DNA of 56,358 bases from Ichthyobacteriaceae bacterium. GTDB taxonomy: Bacteria; Bacteroidota; Bacteroidia; Flavobacteriales; JADGDT01. Positions 37,857 through 48,345 of this stretch are shown one piece after another (positions within the stretch are counted from its first letter, which is position 1; every line of letters starts with the position of its first letter). The stretch covers positions 9,691 to 66,048 of the forward strand of contig JADGDT010000005.1 in the NCBI GenBank assembly GCA_016744755.1, written 5' to 3'. The position numbers and the translations under genes were made by a program. The notes under the pieces are model-generated. The model ran no database searches and had not been told where the DNA came from. It was given only the letters and a program-made list of their open reading frames with translations.

Positions 37857-38663
37857 TTAATTGCCCTCTCCCGCCTCAATATCTTTATCAATTATATCTT
37901 TATACTGCTCGTAACATCTAAGTACAGCCTGTAAAATCTGAAGATCGTTTGCCTGAATAATATAATTAGGATCATAATCGCAGTGCTTAAGAATACTCTC
38001 TATTTGTTTCCTTGAAAGATCTAATGTTTCCATCAAGAACTCTCTATCATATTTCTGATACAGTAAGTCTCTAACTTGATTTTGTTCTTCTAGCTTTTTC
38101 AACTTTCTCAACTCCTTAGGCCTATCCCCAAATATATTATAGATAAAATCAACAGGTTGGAACACACTTGGTTTTTCGTAAATATTTCTACCTAATTCCG
38201 ATGAAGTCTTAAGTCCTCCAATTTTAACAACTCTTCTTTCATTGATAGAAATTAAATTCTTTACATCTACTTCTAGTATACCTGTTAAATCGTAAGGTGT
38301 GACTACTACTTCATCTAATTTATAATTCTGTGTTATAAGTTTGACAATATTCTGCCTATCGAGCATTTTTGTATCTATTATCATTTTCTTACCATGAAAA
38401 CCAATCTCCGAAAAATAAAGGGTATCTCCTATTGCTACTTCTATCCTAAATTCTCCACGATAATTAGAAATAGTACCTTTTGTTGTTGTTAAATTTATGA
38501 TATGGGTATTTTCTAACGGTTGCTGATTGAACAAATTAATAACCTGACCAAAAAATGGTTTTCTAAAAATAACTTTATCCTGCGAAAATGAATCAGTTGA
38601 AACAACTAATAATATCACTGTTACCAATAGTACTCTCAGGTACTTTACTTTCAATTTTATCAT
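37857..38663 (-). CDS. Secreted CarboxypepD_reg-like domain protein
   Basis: Signal peptide; G.V....QPLENTHI, GTISNYRGEF, DTLYFS.IGF, LDEVVV. Confidence 0.8.
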   Translation of the reverse strand: MIKLKVKYLRVLLVTVILLVVSTDSFSQDKVIFRKPFFGQVINLFNQQPLENTHIINLTTTKGTISNYRGEFRIEVAIGDTLYFSEIGFHGKKMIIDTKMLDRQNIVKLITQNYKLDEVVVTPYDLTGILEVDVKNLISINERRVVKIGGLKTSSELGRNIYEKPSVFQPVDFIYNIFGDRPKELRKLKKLEEQNQVRDLLYQKYDREFLMETLDLSRKQIESILKHCDYDPNYIIQANDLQILQAVLRCYEQYKDIIDKDIEAGEGN

Positions 38664-38782
38664 GTATATATTTCTAATTATATAATAATTTACGAAGAAA
38701 CAAAAAAATAAGTATTATACAAGAAACTTTGTTTTAAGATTTTTATTTTAGCAGATTCAAATATTGATACAAATTTCACAAA

Positions 38783-40471
38783 ATGGCAGACGATAAAAAA
38801 GTCATATTTTCTATGACGGGAGTAAGTAAAACTTACAAAAGTGCAAATAAAACTGTTCTTAAAAACATTTATTTAAGTTTCTTCTACGGAGCTAAAATTG
38901 GTATTTTAGGATTGAATGGTTCTGGTAAATCTACTCTACTAAAGATTATTGCAGGTATAGATCAAGAGTTTCAGGGTGATGTTGTTTTTTCTAAAGACTA
39001 CAGCGTTGGTTATTTAGAGCAAGAACCAAAATTGGACGATAGCAAAACTGTTATCGATATTGTTAGAGAAGGAGCAGCTGAAACTATTGCCATACTCGAC
39101 GAGTACAACAAAATAAACGACATGTTTGGTCTTGAGGAGGTATACACAGATCAAGACAAGATGGATAAGCTGATGAGTAGGCAGGCAGTTCTTCAAGATG
39201 AAATCGATGCAAAAAATGCTTGGGAGTTAGATACTAAGTTAGAAATTGCAATGGATGCATTACGTACACCTGATGGAGATACTCCAATTAAAAACCTTTC
39301 GGGTGGTGAGCGTCGTAGAGTTGCTCTTTGTAGATTGCTACTTAAAGAACCAGATGTACTTTTACTTGATGAGCCTACCAATCACCTAGATGCCGAATCG
39401 GTACTTTGGTTAGAACAACACCTGCAACAATATAAAGGGACAGTGATTGCTGTAACTCACGATAGATATTTCTTAGACAACGTTGCTGGTTGGATTCTTG
39501 AACTAGACCGTGGTGAAGGTATTCCTTGGAAAGGAAACTATACTTCTTGGCTAGATCAGAAAACTACTCGTATGGCGAAAGAAGAAAAACAAGCTTCGAA
39601 ACGCAGAAAGACTTTAGAACGAGAACTAGAATGGGTGAAGATGGCTCCAAAAGGTCGTCATGCTAAATCTAAAGCACGTTTGAATAACTACGATAAATTG
39701 ATGAGTCAGGAGGAAAAGCAGAAAGATGAAAACCTTGAGCTTTATATTCCTAATGGACCTCGTTTAGGTAATCATGTAATTGATGCTCTTGGGGTATCTA
39801 AAGGTTTCGATGATAAATTGCTTTACGAAAACCTAGAATTTAGTCTTCCCCCTAATGGTATAGTTGGAGTTATTGGACCAAATGGTGCTGGTAAAACAAC
39901 TTTGTTTAAAATGATAATGGGCGAGGAAACTCCTAACTCAGGAACTTTTACCGTTGGAGATTCTGCTAAGATTGCTTACGTTGACCAAAGCCACTCTAAC
40001 ATAAACCCTGACAAAACTATCTACGAAAACTTTGCCGATGGACAAGAACAAGTTATGATGGGTGGACACATGGTAAATACTCGTGCCTACCTAAGTAGAT
40101 TTAACTTTGCTGGCCCAGAACAAAACAAAAAGGTTAGCGAATTATCAGGAGGAGAAAGAAACAGACTTCACCTAGCAATGACTTTGCGCGAAGAAGGTAA
40201 CGTACTTCTACTAGATGAGCCAACAAATGATTTGGATGTAAATACACTACGTGCCTTAGAGGAAGGTTTAGATAACTTTGCTGGATGTGCTGTAGTAATT
40301 TCTCACGACCGTTGGTTCTTAGACAGAATTTGCACTCACATTTTGGCTTTCGAAGGAAATAGCTCTGTTTACTATTTCGAGGGATCATTTTCTGAATACG
40401 AGGAAAATAAAAAGAAAAGATTAGGAGATAACGCTCCTACAAGAATAAAATACAAGAAATTAGTAAGATAA
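38783..40471 (+). CDS. ettA: ABC-F translational throttle EttA
   Basis: IYLSFFYGAKIGILGLNGSGKST, two ABC domains, linker RELEWV..PKGRHAKSKARL. Confidence 0.96.
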   Translation: MADDKKVIFSMTGVSKTYKSANKTVLKNIYLSFFYGAKIGILGLNGSGKSTLLKIIAGIDQEFQGDVVFSKDYSVGYLEQEPKLDDSKTVIDIVREGAAETIAILDEYNKINDMFGLEEVYTDQDKMDKLMSRQAVLQDEIDAKNAWELDTKLEIAMDALRTPDGDTPIKNLSGGERRRVALCRLLLKEPDVLLLDEPTNHLDAESVLWLEQHLQQYKGTVIAVTHDRYFLDNVAGWILELDRGEGIPWKGNYTSWLDQKTTRMAKEEKQASKRRKTLERELEWVKMAPKGRHAKSKARLNNYDKLMSQEEKQKDENLELYIPNGPRLGNHVIDALGVSKGFDDKLLYENLEFSLPPNGIVGVIGPNGAGKTTLFKMIMGEETPNSGTFTVGDSAKIAYVDQSHSNINPDKTIYENFADGQEQVMMGGHMVNTRAYLSRFNFAGPEQNKKVSELSGGERNRLHLAMTLREEGNVLLLDEPTNDLDVNTLRALEEGLDNFAGCAVVISHDRWFLDRICTHILAFEGNSSVYYFEGSFSEYEENKKKRLGDNAPTRIKYKKLVR

Positions 40472-40493
40472 TTTAATTGGATTTTAAATACCT

Positions 40494-40523
40494 AAACTGC
40501 ATCATTTCTGATGCAGTTTTTTT
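40494..40523 (+). terminator. Intrinsic terminator after ettA
   Basis: aaactgcatca/tgatgcagttt stem plus T-tract. Confidence 0.88.
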
Positions 40524-40685
40524 GTCTATTACACCTCTATTAATGACTAAAACTCATAGTATTTCCTGTACACTTACCTAGCAATCAAATCTATATATAT
40601 AGTTATATGATTACGAGTATGTTTTTTTTAGACTAAAATCATAAGGGAGCTAAAGCACCACTATATCAATGTATTTGGAAGCTTT

Positions 40686-40730
40686 ACTGATAAAAGTCAG
40701 TTGTAAAACTGACTTTATTTCCTATATTCG
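40686..40730 (+). promoter_or_regulatory. gltA promoter with CRP/FNR-type box
   Basis: ACTGA-N6-TCAGT (40686-40701) upstream of TATATTCG -7 variant (40723-40730). Confidence 0.45.
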
Positions 40731-40769
40731 TTGCTGTTCAATAATTATTCACCATTAAAACTTAAATAG

Positions 40770-42062
40770 ATGTCAGAGAAGGCAATTTTAAAAGTAAAAG
40801 GAAAAGAGATAGAATTAGATGTAATAGAAGGAACAGAGCAAGAAGTTGCAGTTGATATATCTAAACTTAGAGGTCAGTCGGGAGTAATAACTATAGACCC
40901 AGGCTACAAAAATACAGGAGCTACAAAAAGTGCTATTACTTTCCTTAATGGAGAGCTAGGAATACTTCGTTACAGAGGTTACACAATAGAAGAATTAGCT
41001 GAGAAAGCATCTTTCTTAGAAGTTGCATGGTTATTGATTGGTGGTGAGCTACCAACTAAAAGACAACTTAATAAGTTAGAAAAAGATATTAAAAACAATC
41101 AAATTGTTCATGAGAGAATGAAAAAGATTGTTGAAGAGTTTCCATCTACTGCTCACCCAATGGGAGTATTAGCATCTATGGTTTCGGCACTTACAGCTTT
41201 CCATCCAACTACTCTTAATCCTAACAACGACAATAAAGAGGATTACTTAAATATGGTTAAACTTTTAGCTAAGTTACCTACTCTTGCTGCATGGACTTTC
41301 AGAAAAAACATAGGTAGACCAATTAACTATCCTAACCCAAAATTGGACTATACATCTAACTTCTTGTACATGATGAATAGCTGTCCTAATTCTGATTACA
41401 AAGCAGACCCTATTGTTGCTAAGGCTTTAAACGTATTATTGATACTTCATGCTGATCACGAGCAAAACTGTTCTACTTCTACAGTACGTATAGTTGGTTC
41501 TTCAAATGCAAGTATGTATGCTTCTGTATCTGCAGGAATTGGTGCTCTTTGGGGGCCATTACACGGTGGTGCAAACCAAGCGGTAATCGAAATGCTTGAA
41601 GCTATTAAAGCTGATGGTGGCGATGCTGGAAAATATATTGCAAAAGCCAAAGACAAAGAAGATCCATTCCGTTTAATGGGATTCGGACATAGAGTTTACA
41701 AGAATTTCGATCCACGTGCTACTATTCTTAAAAAGTATGCTGATGATGTTCTTAAAGCTTTAGGTATTCAAGATCCAATTCTTGAAATAGCGAAGAGTCT
41801 TGAAGAAACTGCTCTTAACGATCAGTATTTTATTGATAGAAAATTATTCCCTAACGTAGATTTCTACTCAGGGATTATTTATCGTGCACTTGGTATTCCT
41901 ACTGATATGTTTACAGTAATGTTTGCATTAGGTCGTTTACCAGGATGGATTGCTCAATGGAAAGAAATGAGAGCTAACCACGAGCCTATCGGTCGTCCTC
42001 GTCAGGTTTACACAGGTTACACAGAACGTGGATTTGTAGAAATGGATGGCAGAAAAGAATAA
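40770..42062 (+). CDS. gltA: Citrate synthase
   Basis: LHADHEQNCST, GPLHGGAN, GFGHRVYK, PNVDFYSG. Confidence 0.99.
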   Translation: MSEKAILKVKGKEIELDVIEGTEQEVAVDISKLRGQSGVITIDPGYKNTGATKSAITFLNGELGILRYRGYTIEELAEKASFLEVAWLLIGGELPTKRQLNKLEKDIKNNQIVHERMKKIVEEFPSTAHPMGVLASMVSALTAFHPTTLNPNNDNKEDYLNMVKLLAKLPTLAAWTFRKNIGRPINYPNPKLDYTSNFLYMMNSCPNSDYKADPIVAKALNVLLILHADHEQNCSTSTVRIVGSSNASMYASVSAGIGALWGPLHGGANQAVIEMLEAIKADGGDAGKYIAKAKDKEDPFRLMGFGHRVYKNFDPRATILKKYADDVLKALGIQDPILEIAKSLEETALNDQYFIDRKLFPNVDFYSGIIYRALGIPTDMFTVMFALGRLPGWIAQWKEMRANHEPIGRPRQVYTGYTERGFVEMDGRKE

Positions 42063-42086
42063 CCTTTAACCAGTTATATAAACCCG

Positions 42087-42122
42087 AAAACCGTTAATCT
42101 TTATTGATTAACGGTTTTTTTT
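42087..42122 (+). terminator. Intrinsic terminator after gltA
   Basis: aaaaccgttaatc/gattaacggtttt stem plus T-tract. Confidence 0.9.
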
Positions 42123-42134
42123 AGTTTTATACAT

Positions 42135-42283
42135 GGGCAGTTTCACGTGCTGTACGTTAAAGTTATTTCTCACAAGTATTTTCGAAAATGCCCATAAAAT
42201 TGTCTTCGCTTAGGCGTAAGCCAACTTTATAGGCTTTCTCAATATACTTCTTCAAAACAAGCTACCACTTCCATCACTACTGC
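42135..42283 (-). repeat. Structured repeat/ncRNA copy 3 (divergent, long stem)
   Basis: Minus strand GCAGT-AGTGATGGAAGTGGTAGCT..long stem..ACTTTAACGTACAGCACG..ACTGC-CC. Confidence 0.6.
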
Positions 42284-42332
42284 AAAACCAAACACCTAAG
42301 CTCTACAAAGTCCATTCGAAACAAACGGAAGT

Positions 42333-42581
42333 CCTACGAGCGGGCAAAACTCCTCGTAGTGTCTGGGTTTAAAATATACATTTCTAATTTTAATTCGACA
42401 CTCGTAGTTCTACAACTTATCTACCGTCAGGCAGGCACTAAGAGGTCAATATAGTTGAGTGAAAATGAAAAATCACAACTAAACAAAAAGTTTAATTGTG
42501 ATTTTTTTATAATTTAAATTTCAACTTAGATATTCCCTATTTTAAATCCTACACTCGTAGGTCTTCGACACTACGAGGTCT
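42333..42581. repeat. REP-like cluster with CTCGTAG/CTACGAG arms
   Basis: Units at 42333-42364, 42398-42447 and 42551-42581. Confidence 0.7.
42468..42508. terminator. Bidirectional terminator-like hairpin
   Basis: aaaaatcacaa/ttgtgattttt. Confidence 0.7.
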
Positions 42582-42592
42582 ATATTTCTCTA

Positions 42593-42662
42593 AACCCGTA
42601 ACACGAAACCCGTAACACGTAACTCGAAACCCGAAACCCGCAACTCAAAACACGTAACTCGA
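42593..42662 (-). repeat. 7-mer tandem array, 10 units (AACHCGH on + strand)
   Basis: aacccgt aacacga aacccgt aacacgt aactcga aacccga aacccgc aactcaa aacacgt aactcga. Confidence 0.9.
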
Positions 42663-42665
42663 AAA

Positions 42666-44027
42666 CTACATCTGCACTTCTGCCATAAATAATCCTGCTA
42701 GTTTCATTAATTTCAGCTCGGCTACTTTTGCCAAGTATTTTGCTTCGTTGTATCTGTTTATAGAATCTTCTAAATCTACTTGTGCTTTTCGGTAATCAAT
42801 AGAGTTTATTTGACCAAGAGCATTTTTATCTCTAGAATATTCGAAATTCAATTGATTGGTTTGCATATTTTTTGACTCTGCCTTCATCACGTAAATAGAA
42901 TTTTCGTAAACTACAAAAGCGTTAGAAACCTCTCTTTCTAAGTTGTTTTTTTGATTGTACGATTCTTCCTGAGCATTAAGTTCGGCTATCTTAGAATTTT
43001 GAACATTAACACTTGTTTTTCCTCCATCAAAAATATTCCAGCTCAGTGTAGCATTTGCGTTAAAACCCTGTGATTCGCTATGCATAGGGAGTCCTATTAT
43101 CCCGTTTTCACTATCTGAATAACTCCCAGAATAACCGCCTTTTAAATCTACTTTAGGCATATATCCCGATCTATTTGACTTCTTCATTAATTCTGCAATA
43201 TCAACATTTTGCAAAGCCAAAAGATAATCTACATTCTGCTCTAGTGCTAATTCTAGCATTTTATCTTCATTTATATCCTTACTAAATAAGACTAAAGTAT
43301 CTACTTCAAAAGGAGTTCGAACATTACGCGCTAGTAAACCATTAAAATCTCTACGTGCAACTTTTAAATCTCTGTTTGTATTAATCAGATTAATACTATC
43401 GTTATTCATATCAACCTCAGACCGTAACATATCTAGCTTACCAGCCTGCCCATACTCAAACTTTGAAGTAGTAAGCATATGACGTTCATTAGATATTTCT
43501 ATAGTTCTACGTTGATTTTCAAGTTTAGAAGTAAGCTTAGCCACATCGTAGTAAGCAATTATTAAGCTCATCAATATATTTTCAATTACAGCTCTACTTT
43601 TAAGTTCTTCTAAAGTAAAACTAGATTGGAATTTTTGATAGTTGTAATATCTCCCCATACCATCGAAAAGGCGATAATTTAAGGCTATACCATAATTGTA
43701 TGACTCGGTTGTAGCTCCATCAGCTTCAGTTGCAGGATTATTACCTGTTTTATTATAAACATCGTCAACCTTATAAGTTGCTCCCCCGTTAGTGTTTAAA
43801 GTAGGCAAGAAACCAGAGTTCATTAAACCAGCATTATTTTCAGCTATTTTAATATTGTTTCTAGCTATTTTAATAGTGTGATTCTTCTTCATAGCTATAT
43901 CCACAGCATTATTGATGCTAATAACATCAGCCTTTACCTCTATTGCCACACTAGTTGTATCTTCCTGTGCAAAAATTAGCATAGGAAATACCAACACCAC
44001 AAATAAACTATTTATTTTCTTCAGCAT
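42666..44027 (-). CDS. TolC-family outer membrane efflux protein
   Basis: Signal peptide; FLPTLN, YRLFDG, YMPKVDL, WNIFDGG repeats. Confidence 0.93.
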   Translation of the reverse strand: MLKKINSLFVVLVFPMLIFAQEDTTSVAIEVKADVISINNAVDIAMKKNHTIKIARNNIKIAENNAGLMNSGFLPTLNTNGGATYKVDDVYNKTGNNPATEADGATTESYNYGIALNYRLFDGMGRYYNYQKFQSSFTLEELKSRAVIENILMSLIIAYYDVAKLTSKLENQRRTIEISNERHMLTTSKFEYGQAGKLDMLRSEVDMNNDSINLINTNRDLKVARRDFNGLLARNVRTPFEVDTLVLFSKDINEDKMLELALEQNVDYLLALQNVDIAELMKKSNRSGYMPKVDLKGGYSGSYSDSENGIIGLPMHSESQGFNANATLSWNIFDGGKTSVNVQNSKIAELNAQEESYNQKNNLEREVSNAFVVYENSIYVMKAESKNMQTNQLNFEYSRDKNALGQINSIDYRKAQVDLEDSINRYNEAKYLAKVAELKLMKLAGLFMAEVQM

Positions 44028-47000
44028 CTTTCTCTGATTTTAATTCTTTAATTGCTCTTTCTACAACTTCGGGCTCTACCCATTCGCCTTCCCAAATCCA
44101 ATGGATAGTTCGTTTCAAACTATTAAAAGATTTTAGCATTAACGGTAATAATAACAGTGTTAATATAGTTGAGAAAGCTATACCGTAAGAAATAGAGATT
44201 GCCATAGGTATTAGAAACTGTGCCTGTAAACTTTTCTCGAAATAAATTAGTGGAGTTAATCCGGCAACTGTTGTTAATGAGGTTAAGAATATTGGTCTAA
44301 ATCTAGAAAAACCTGCGTGTAACAATGCCTCATCAAACTTATGACCTTCTTTTAAATAACTATTAAGTTTACTTACAAGTACTAACGAATCGTTAACCAA
44401 AATACCTACAAGTGCCACAATACCTAATGCAGATAGAATGTTAAGTTGCATATCGTGCAACCAGTGCCCCCATAATACTCCAACGCTACTAAATGGTATA
44501 AGTAGCATTATTAATGTTGTTTGACCAAATGAACGGAATGTAAATGTGATAACAGCAAAAATTAAAAAGAAAACTACACTTAAAACAACTTTCGCTGATT
44601 TTTTTGTCTTCTCTGCCTCTCTATTTTGCCCTTCGTATTTTACCGATACCGATGGGTATTTAGCAATAATATCTGGAACAATGTTTTCCGATACCTCAGC
44701 CATCATATCTGTAGCAGATGTATTTTCGTCCATCAAATCTGCTTCTACTTTTATCTCTCTTTTTCCATCAAGATGACTTATATCTACCGTTCCTCTTTGG
44801 ATTTCGTAACTAGCAATTTCTCCAAATGGAATTCTATCACCACTTTGAGTTATTATTCTCATATCATCTAAGTTAGAAATAGCAGTGCGGTACTCTTCGT
44901 TATACCTTACCCAAACTTTAACTTGATCTCTACCACGTTGCAAACGCTGAACTTCCTTACCAAAGAAACCACTACGTACTTGCCCTAAAATATCTTGAAG
45001 TGTTAACCCTAACAAGTGAGCCTTAGGCTTTAGTTTAACATCTATCTCCTTAATTCCTTTTGGATCATTATCCATAACATCTCTAAGCGAAGGAATATTT
45101 TTCAATTCTGATTTCAATTCTTCCTTTGCCAGTTCTAACTCTTCCATATTACTCCCTAAAAAAGCTACAGAAATAGGTTTACCAAAATGAGAACCACTAC
45201 CAAATGATAATTGCTCCACTCCATAAACTGGACCAAGATTTTTCTTGATATCACGTACAATAATATCTGAAGCTAAATTTCTAACCTCAGACTCTAATAA
45301 ATATATTACAAGTGAACCGTCGGAAGTAGAAGGTCCAACTTTTAGTTTTACATTTTCTACAATTTCTAAACTGTCAATCCTACCTGTACTAAAGGTTTTA
45401 TTAGTTTTAGCAGTAGCTTCTTGAATTTTTTCTAACCATTGTTTTGTTATCTCAGACTTCGTTCCCGCAGGCATTTTAAGATTTATAACTACATTTGATC
45501 TCTCCATATTAGGGAAAAATGTAACTCCTATAATTCCTCCTGCTACAGATGCAAATGATAAAACGGTGATAGAAACAATAACTACAAAGGATAGTGTTTT
45601 GTTTTTTAAAACTAATTTAAGTGTTGGAACATATGTTTTGTCTCTCATCCAAAACATTGCTTTATCGAATGTTCTTGTTATGTAATTATCTTTACGTTTA
45701 CCTACTAAAGCCTGCGAATGAGCAAGGTGAGAAGGTAGAATAATTAAAGCTTCGATAAGAGAAATACCTAGAGTAGCAATTACTACAAAGGAAAGTTCGC
45801 TAAAGAAATCTGCTAATCGGCCATCTAAGAAAAAGAATGAAGAAAATGCAATAATAGTAGTTAGTATTGCAGAAACAATTGCAGGAACTACTTCCATTGT
45901 TCCATCTATAGCCGCTTGTACAGGTGTCTTTCCTTTTTCGTAATGGTGATAGACATTTTCGGCAATAACAATACCATCATCTACCAATATTCCAATTACT
46001 ACTATCATTCCGAATAAAGAAATTACATTAATTGTAACTCCCGATAATGATGCGAAAATAAACATTCCCAAAAATGAAACTGGAAATCCTGCTGCTACCC
46101 AAAATGCCATTCTAGGATTTAAGAATAACGATAAGAATATTAGCACTAATATTATTCCCGAAATACCATTGTCTATCAAAAGTTGCTTACGAGAATTTAG
46201 AACAATCGACATATCCTGAGTTATAGTTAACTCAATCCCTACGTTTGTGTTATTAAATTCTGCTACATAGTCATTAACTTTCTTGGCAACTCCTAAAAGG
46301 TCTTCATCGTCGGTTGTCATAACTGTAACATCTACAGATCTTACACGGTTTATATCAACCTCGTTTGGAGAATCAGACCATCTATCAGTTACAACAGCAA
46401 CATCACGTAGTATAACACTCCTACCAGATTTATCTGATTTAATTAGAATATTATCGATATCTATTGCGTAGTATTCCTTTGCTCTTCCCCTAATTAAATA
46501 CTCTTCGTGCTTGCCCTTAATAGTTCCTCCAGTAATATCAATATTTGCTTTTTTAACAGCATTTGCTACTTGATCGAAGCTAAGATTGTAAGCTCTAAGT
46601 TTATCCTCATCTAAAGCAATTTCAATTTCCTCATCAGGGAAACCGCTGAGAGTAATTTTAGAAATACCTCCTAAATCGCGTAGGTCATCTTCTATTTTAC
46701 GGGCAGTTTGTTTTAGAGATTTCAAAGAAATTCCTTTTCCACTAATTGCAAATCCCATAGCAGGATTTACATTTTCATCTTTAGAAACAACTATTGGTTC
46801 CATAGCAGCTGGAAAAGACGAAATCTGATCAACAGCATTTTTTACATCTCTGTATGCCTCATCCATATCGTAGCCTTTATATATTTCTATATGAACACTA
46901 CCCATGTTTTCTGAAGATGTAGAAGTAAAACGTTCTATGCCAGTTACTCCTCTTAGATTATCTTCTATCCTTAATATAATTCCATCTTCAACCTCTTCGG

Positions 47001-47169
47001 GAGATGCCCCTGGAAATATGGCTCTAATAGAAATATTTCTATTTTCTATTAATGGGAAGAAAGAAGCTCCCATGTTCATCATACTAAAATACCCAAAAAT
47101 AACAAACCCAAAAACAAGTACGTTTGTAGATACAGGGTATTTTATAAAATATGTAATTATTTTTCTCAT
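44008..47169 (-). CDS. RND (AcrB/AcrD/AcrF-family) efflux transporter
   Basis: PGASPEEVE, GILVDDGIVIAEN, RFRPIFLTSLTT; 1053 aa. Confidence 0.96.
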   Translation of the reverse strand: MRKIITYFIKYPVSTNVLVFGFVIFGYFSMMNMGASFFPLIENRNISIRAIFPGASPEEVEDGIILRIEDNLRGVTGIERFTSTSSENMGSVHIEIYKGYDMDEAYRDVKNAVDQISSFPAAMEPIVVSKDENVNPAMGFAISGKGISLKSLKQTARKIEDDLRDLGGISKITLSGFPDEEIEIALDEDKLRAYNLSFDQVANAVKKANIDITGGTIKGKHEEYLIRGRAKEYYAIDIDNILIKSDKSGRSVILRDVAVVTDRWSDSPNEVDINRVRSVDVTVMTTDDEDLLGVAKKVNDYVAEFNNTNVGIELTITQDMSIVLNSRKQLLIDNGISGIILVLIFLSLFLNPRMAFWVAAGFPVSFLGMFIFASLSGVTINVISLFGMIVVIGILVDDGIVIAENVYHHYEKGKTPVQAAIDGTMEVVPAIVSAILTTIIAFSSFFFLDGRLADFFSELSFVVIATLGISLIEALIILPSHLAHSQALVGKRKDNYITRTFDKAMFWMRDKTYVPTLKLVLKNKTLSFVVIVSITVLSFASVAGGIIGVTFFPNMERSNVVINLKMPAGTKSEITKQWLEKIQEATAKTNKTFSTGRIDSLEIVENVKLKVGPSTSDGSLVIYLLESEVRNLASDIIVRDIKKNLGPVYGVEQLSFGSGSHFGKPISVAFLGSNMEELELAKEELKSELKNIPSLRDVMDNDPKGIKEIDVKLKPKAHLLGLTLQDILGQVRSGFFGKEVQRLQRGRDQVKVWVRYNEEYRTAISNLDDMRIITQSGDRIPFGEIASYEIQRGTVDISHLDGKREIKVEADLMDENTSATDMMAEVSENIVPDIIAKYPSVSVKYEGQNREAEKTKKSAKVVLSVVFFLIFAVITFTFRSFGQTTLIMLLIPFSSVGVLWGHWLHDMQLNILSALGIVALVGILVNDSLVLVSKLNSYLKEGHKFDEALLHAGFSRFRPIFLTSLTTVAGLTPLIYFEKSLQAQFLIPMAISISYGIAFSTILTLLLLPLMLKSFNSLKRTIHWIWEGEWVEPEVVERAIKELKSEKDAEENK

Positions 47170-47175
47170 CCCTTT

Positions 47176-48294
47176 TTATTTAACTTCTTTTGGAGTTACT
47201 CTCATTCCTGGGAAAGACCCAGAGATATTTCTAGAAACTAATTTTGCACCATCTAGTATATTATCTACAACAACTGTTTTCTCGTTGTACTTAACTGGAT
47301 TAATTTTGGTTTCAACTAAAGCACTGTCCTTAACTAAGTACACAAACGAATTATTGTGTAATATACTTCTCGAAATCAATATTGCATTATCAATAGGTTT
47401 TGACTTAAGTTCTACACTCAAATACATACCATCTTTTAAATCCTTTCCTTTAGTTTCTATAAAAACTGAAACTGTTTGGGAGTTTAAATCTATGGCTCCA
47501 TTAATTCTAACAACTTTACCTTTCCAAGTATGAATATAATCTGAAGAAAATATTTCAACTTCATCTCCAGTATTTATATATTTAGCCTCACTAGCTTTTA
47601 CTGATACCTCTAACTCGAAAGTATCCATATTACTAAACACTCCCATTTTCTGACCGCTTCTCACTAGTCCGCCAGGCTTCAAGCTTGTTTGAGTAACCAC
47701 TCCATTAAACGGTGCTCTTAGATTATACTTATTATATCTAGCTTCTAAGTTTTTAATAGCGTAATACTGAGTAAATATCTTCTTGCCCGAGATGAAATAT
47801 TTCTCCTTGGTAGAAGATAATTCTGGTATAGACTTTATATTATTCTCTATCTCAAATTCATTGAGGTAAGTTTCCCACTTAGAAAACTCATTTGGAAATT
47901 CAATTTTAATATCTGGAATAATACTTGTTACTAAATTTTGAAAATCGCTTCTTTGAGAAAACAATTGTGCTTTCACTTCTGAATCGTCTATTCTTATCAT
48001 TAACTCCCCTTTTCTAAATCTAGTACCTGTACGAAATTCTTTCCCTCCAACTTTAAGTACACCCGTTACCTCAGAGTACATGTCATAAGTATGCTTAGAT
48101 TTCAACTGACCAGAAGCTTCAATCACTAAGGGTTGTTTTGTGTTTTTTACAATCTTATACATTGCTACTTTATCTGCCTTTTTAGTGCTTTTGGAAACAC
48201 CGCTCTTACCTTCGCTTATTAACTTGAATGCAAAGAATGTTGCTACCAACACCACTACTGCAATTACCCAAGATTTTCTAACTGTCATTTTCAT
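47176..48294 (-). CDS. RND membrane fusion (periplasmic adaptor) protein
   Basis: N-terminal TM, SEVTG, LRAPFNGVV, GKVVRI. Confidence 0.92.
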   Translation of the reverse strand: MKMTVRKSWVIAVVVLVATFFAFKLISEGKSGVSKSTKKADKVAMYKIVKNTKQPLVIEASGQLKSKHTYDMYSEVTGVLKVGGKEFRTGTRFRKGELMIRIDDSEVKAQLFSQRSDFQNLVTSIIPDIKIEFPNEFSKWETYLNEFEIENNIKSIPELSSTKEKYFISGKKIFTQYYAIKNLEARYNKYNLRAPFNGVVTQTSLKPGGLVRSGQKMGVFSNMDTFELEVSVKASEAKYINTGDEVEIFSSDYIHTWKGKVVRINGAIDLNSQTVSVFIETKGKDLKDGMYLSVELKSKPIDNAILISRSILHNNSFVYLVKDSALVETKINPVKYNEKTVVVDNILDGAKLVSRNISGSFPGMRVTPKEVK

Positions 48295-48329
48295 TATATT
48301 TTTTATTTATAAAATATTTTATATCATTT

Positions 48330-48345
48330 AGTTGTAACTACAACT
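48330..48345. promoter_or_regulatory. Candidate MarR operator
   Basis: agttgta-ac-tacaact perfect palindrome; related site at 48799-48814. Confidence 0.55.

Noticed and set aside
42333-42662. Possible CRISPR array
   Set aside because: No constant-length repeats with unique spacers, and no cas genes.
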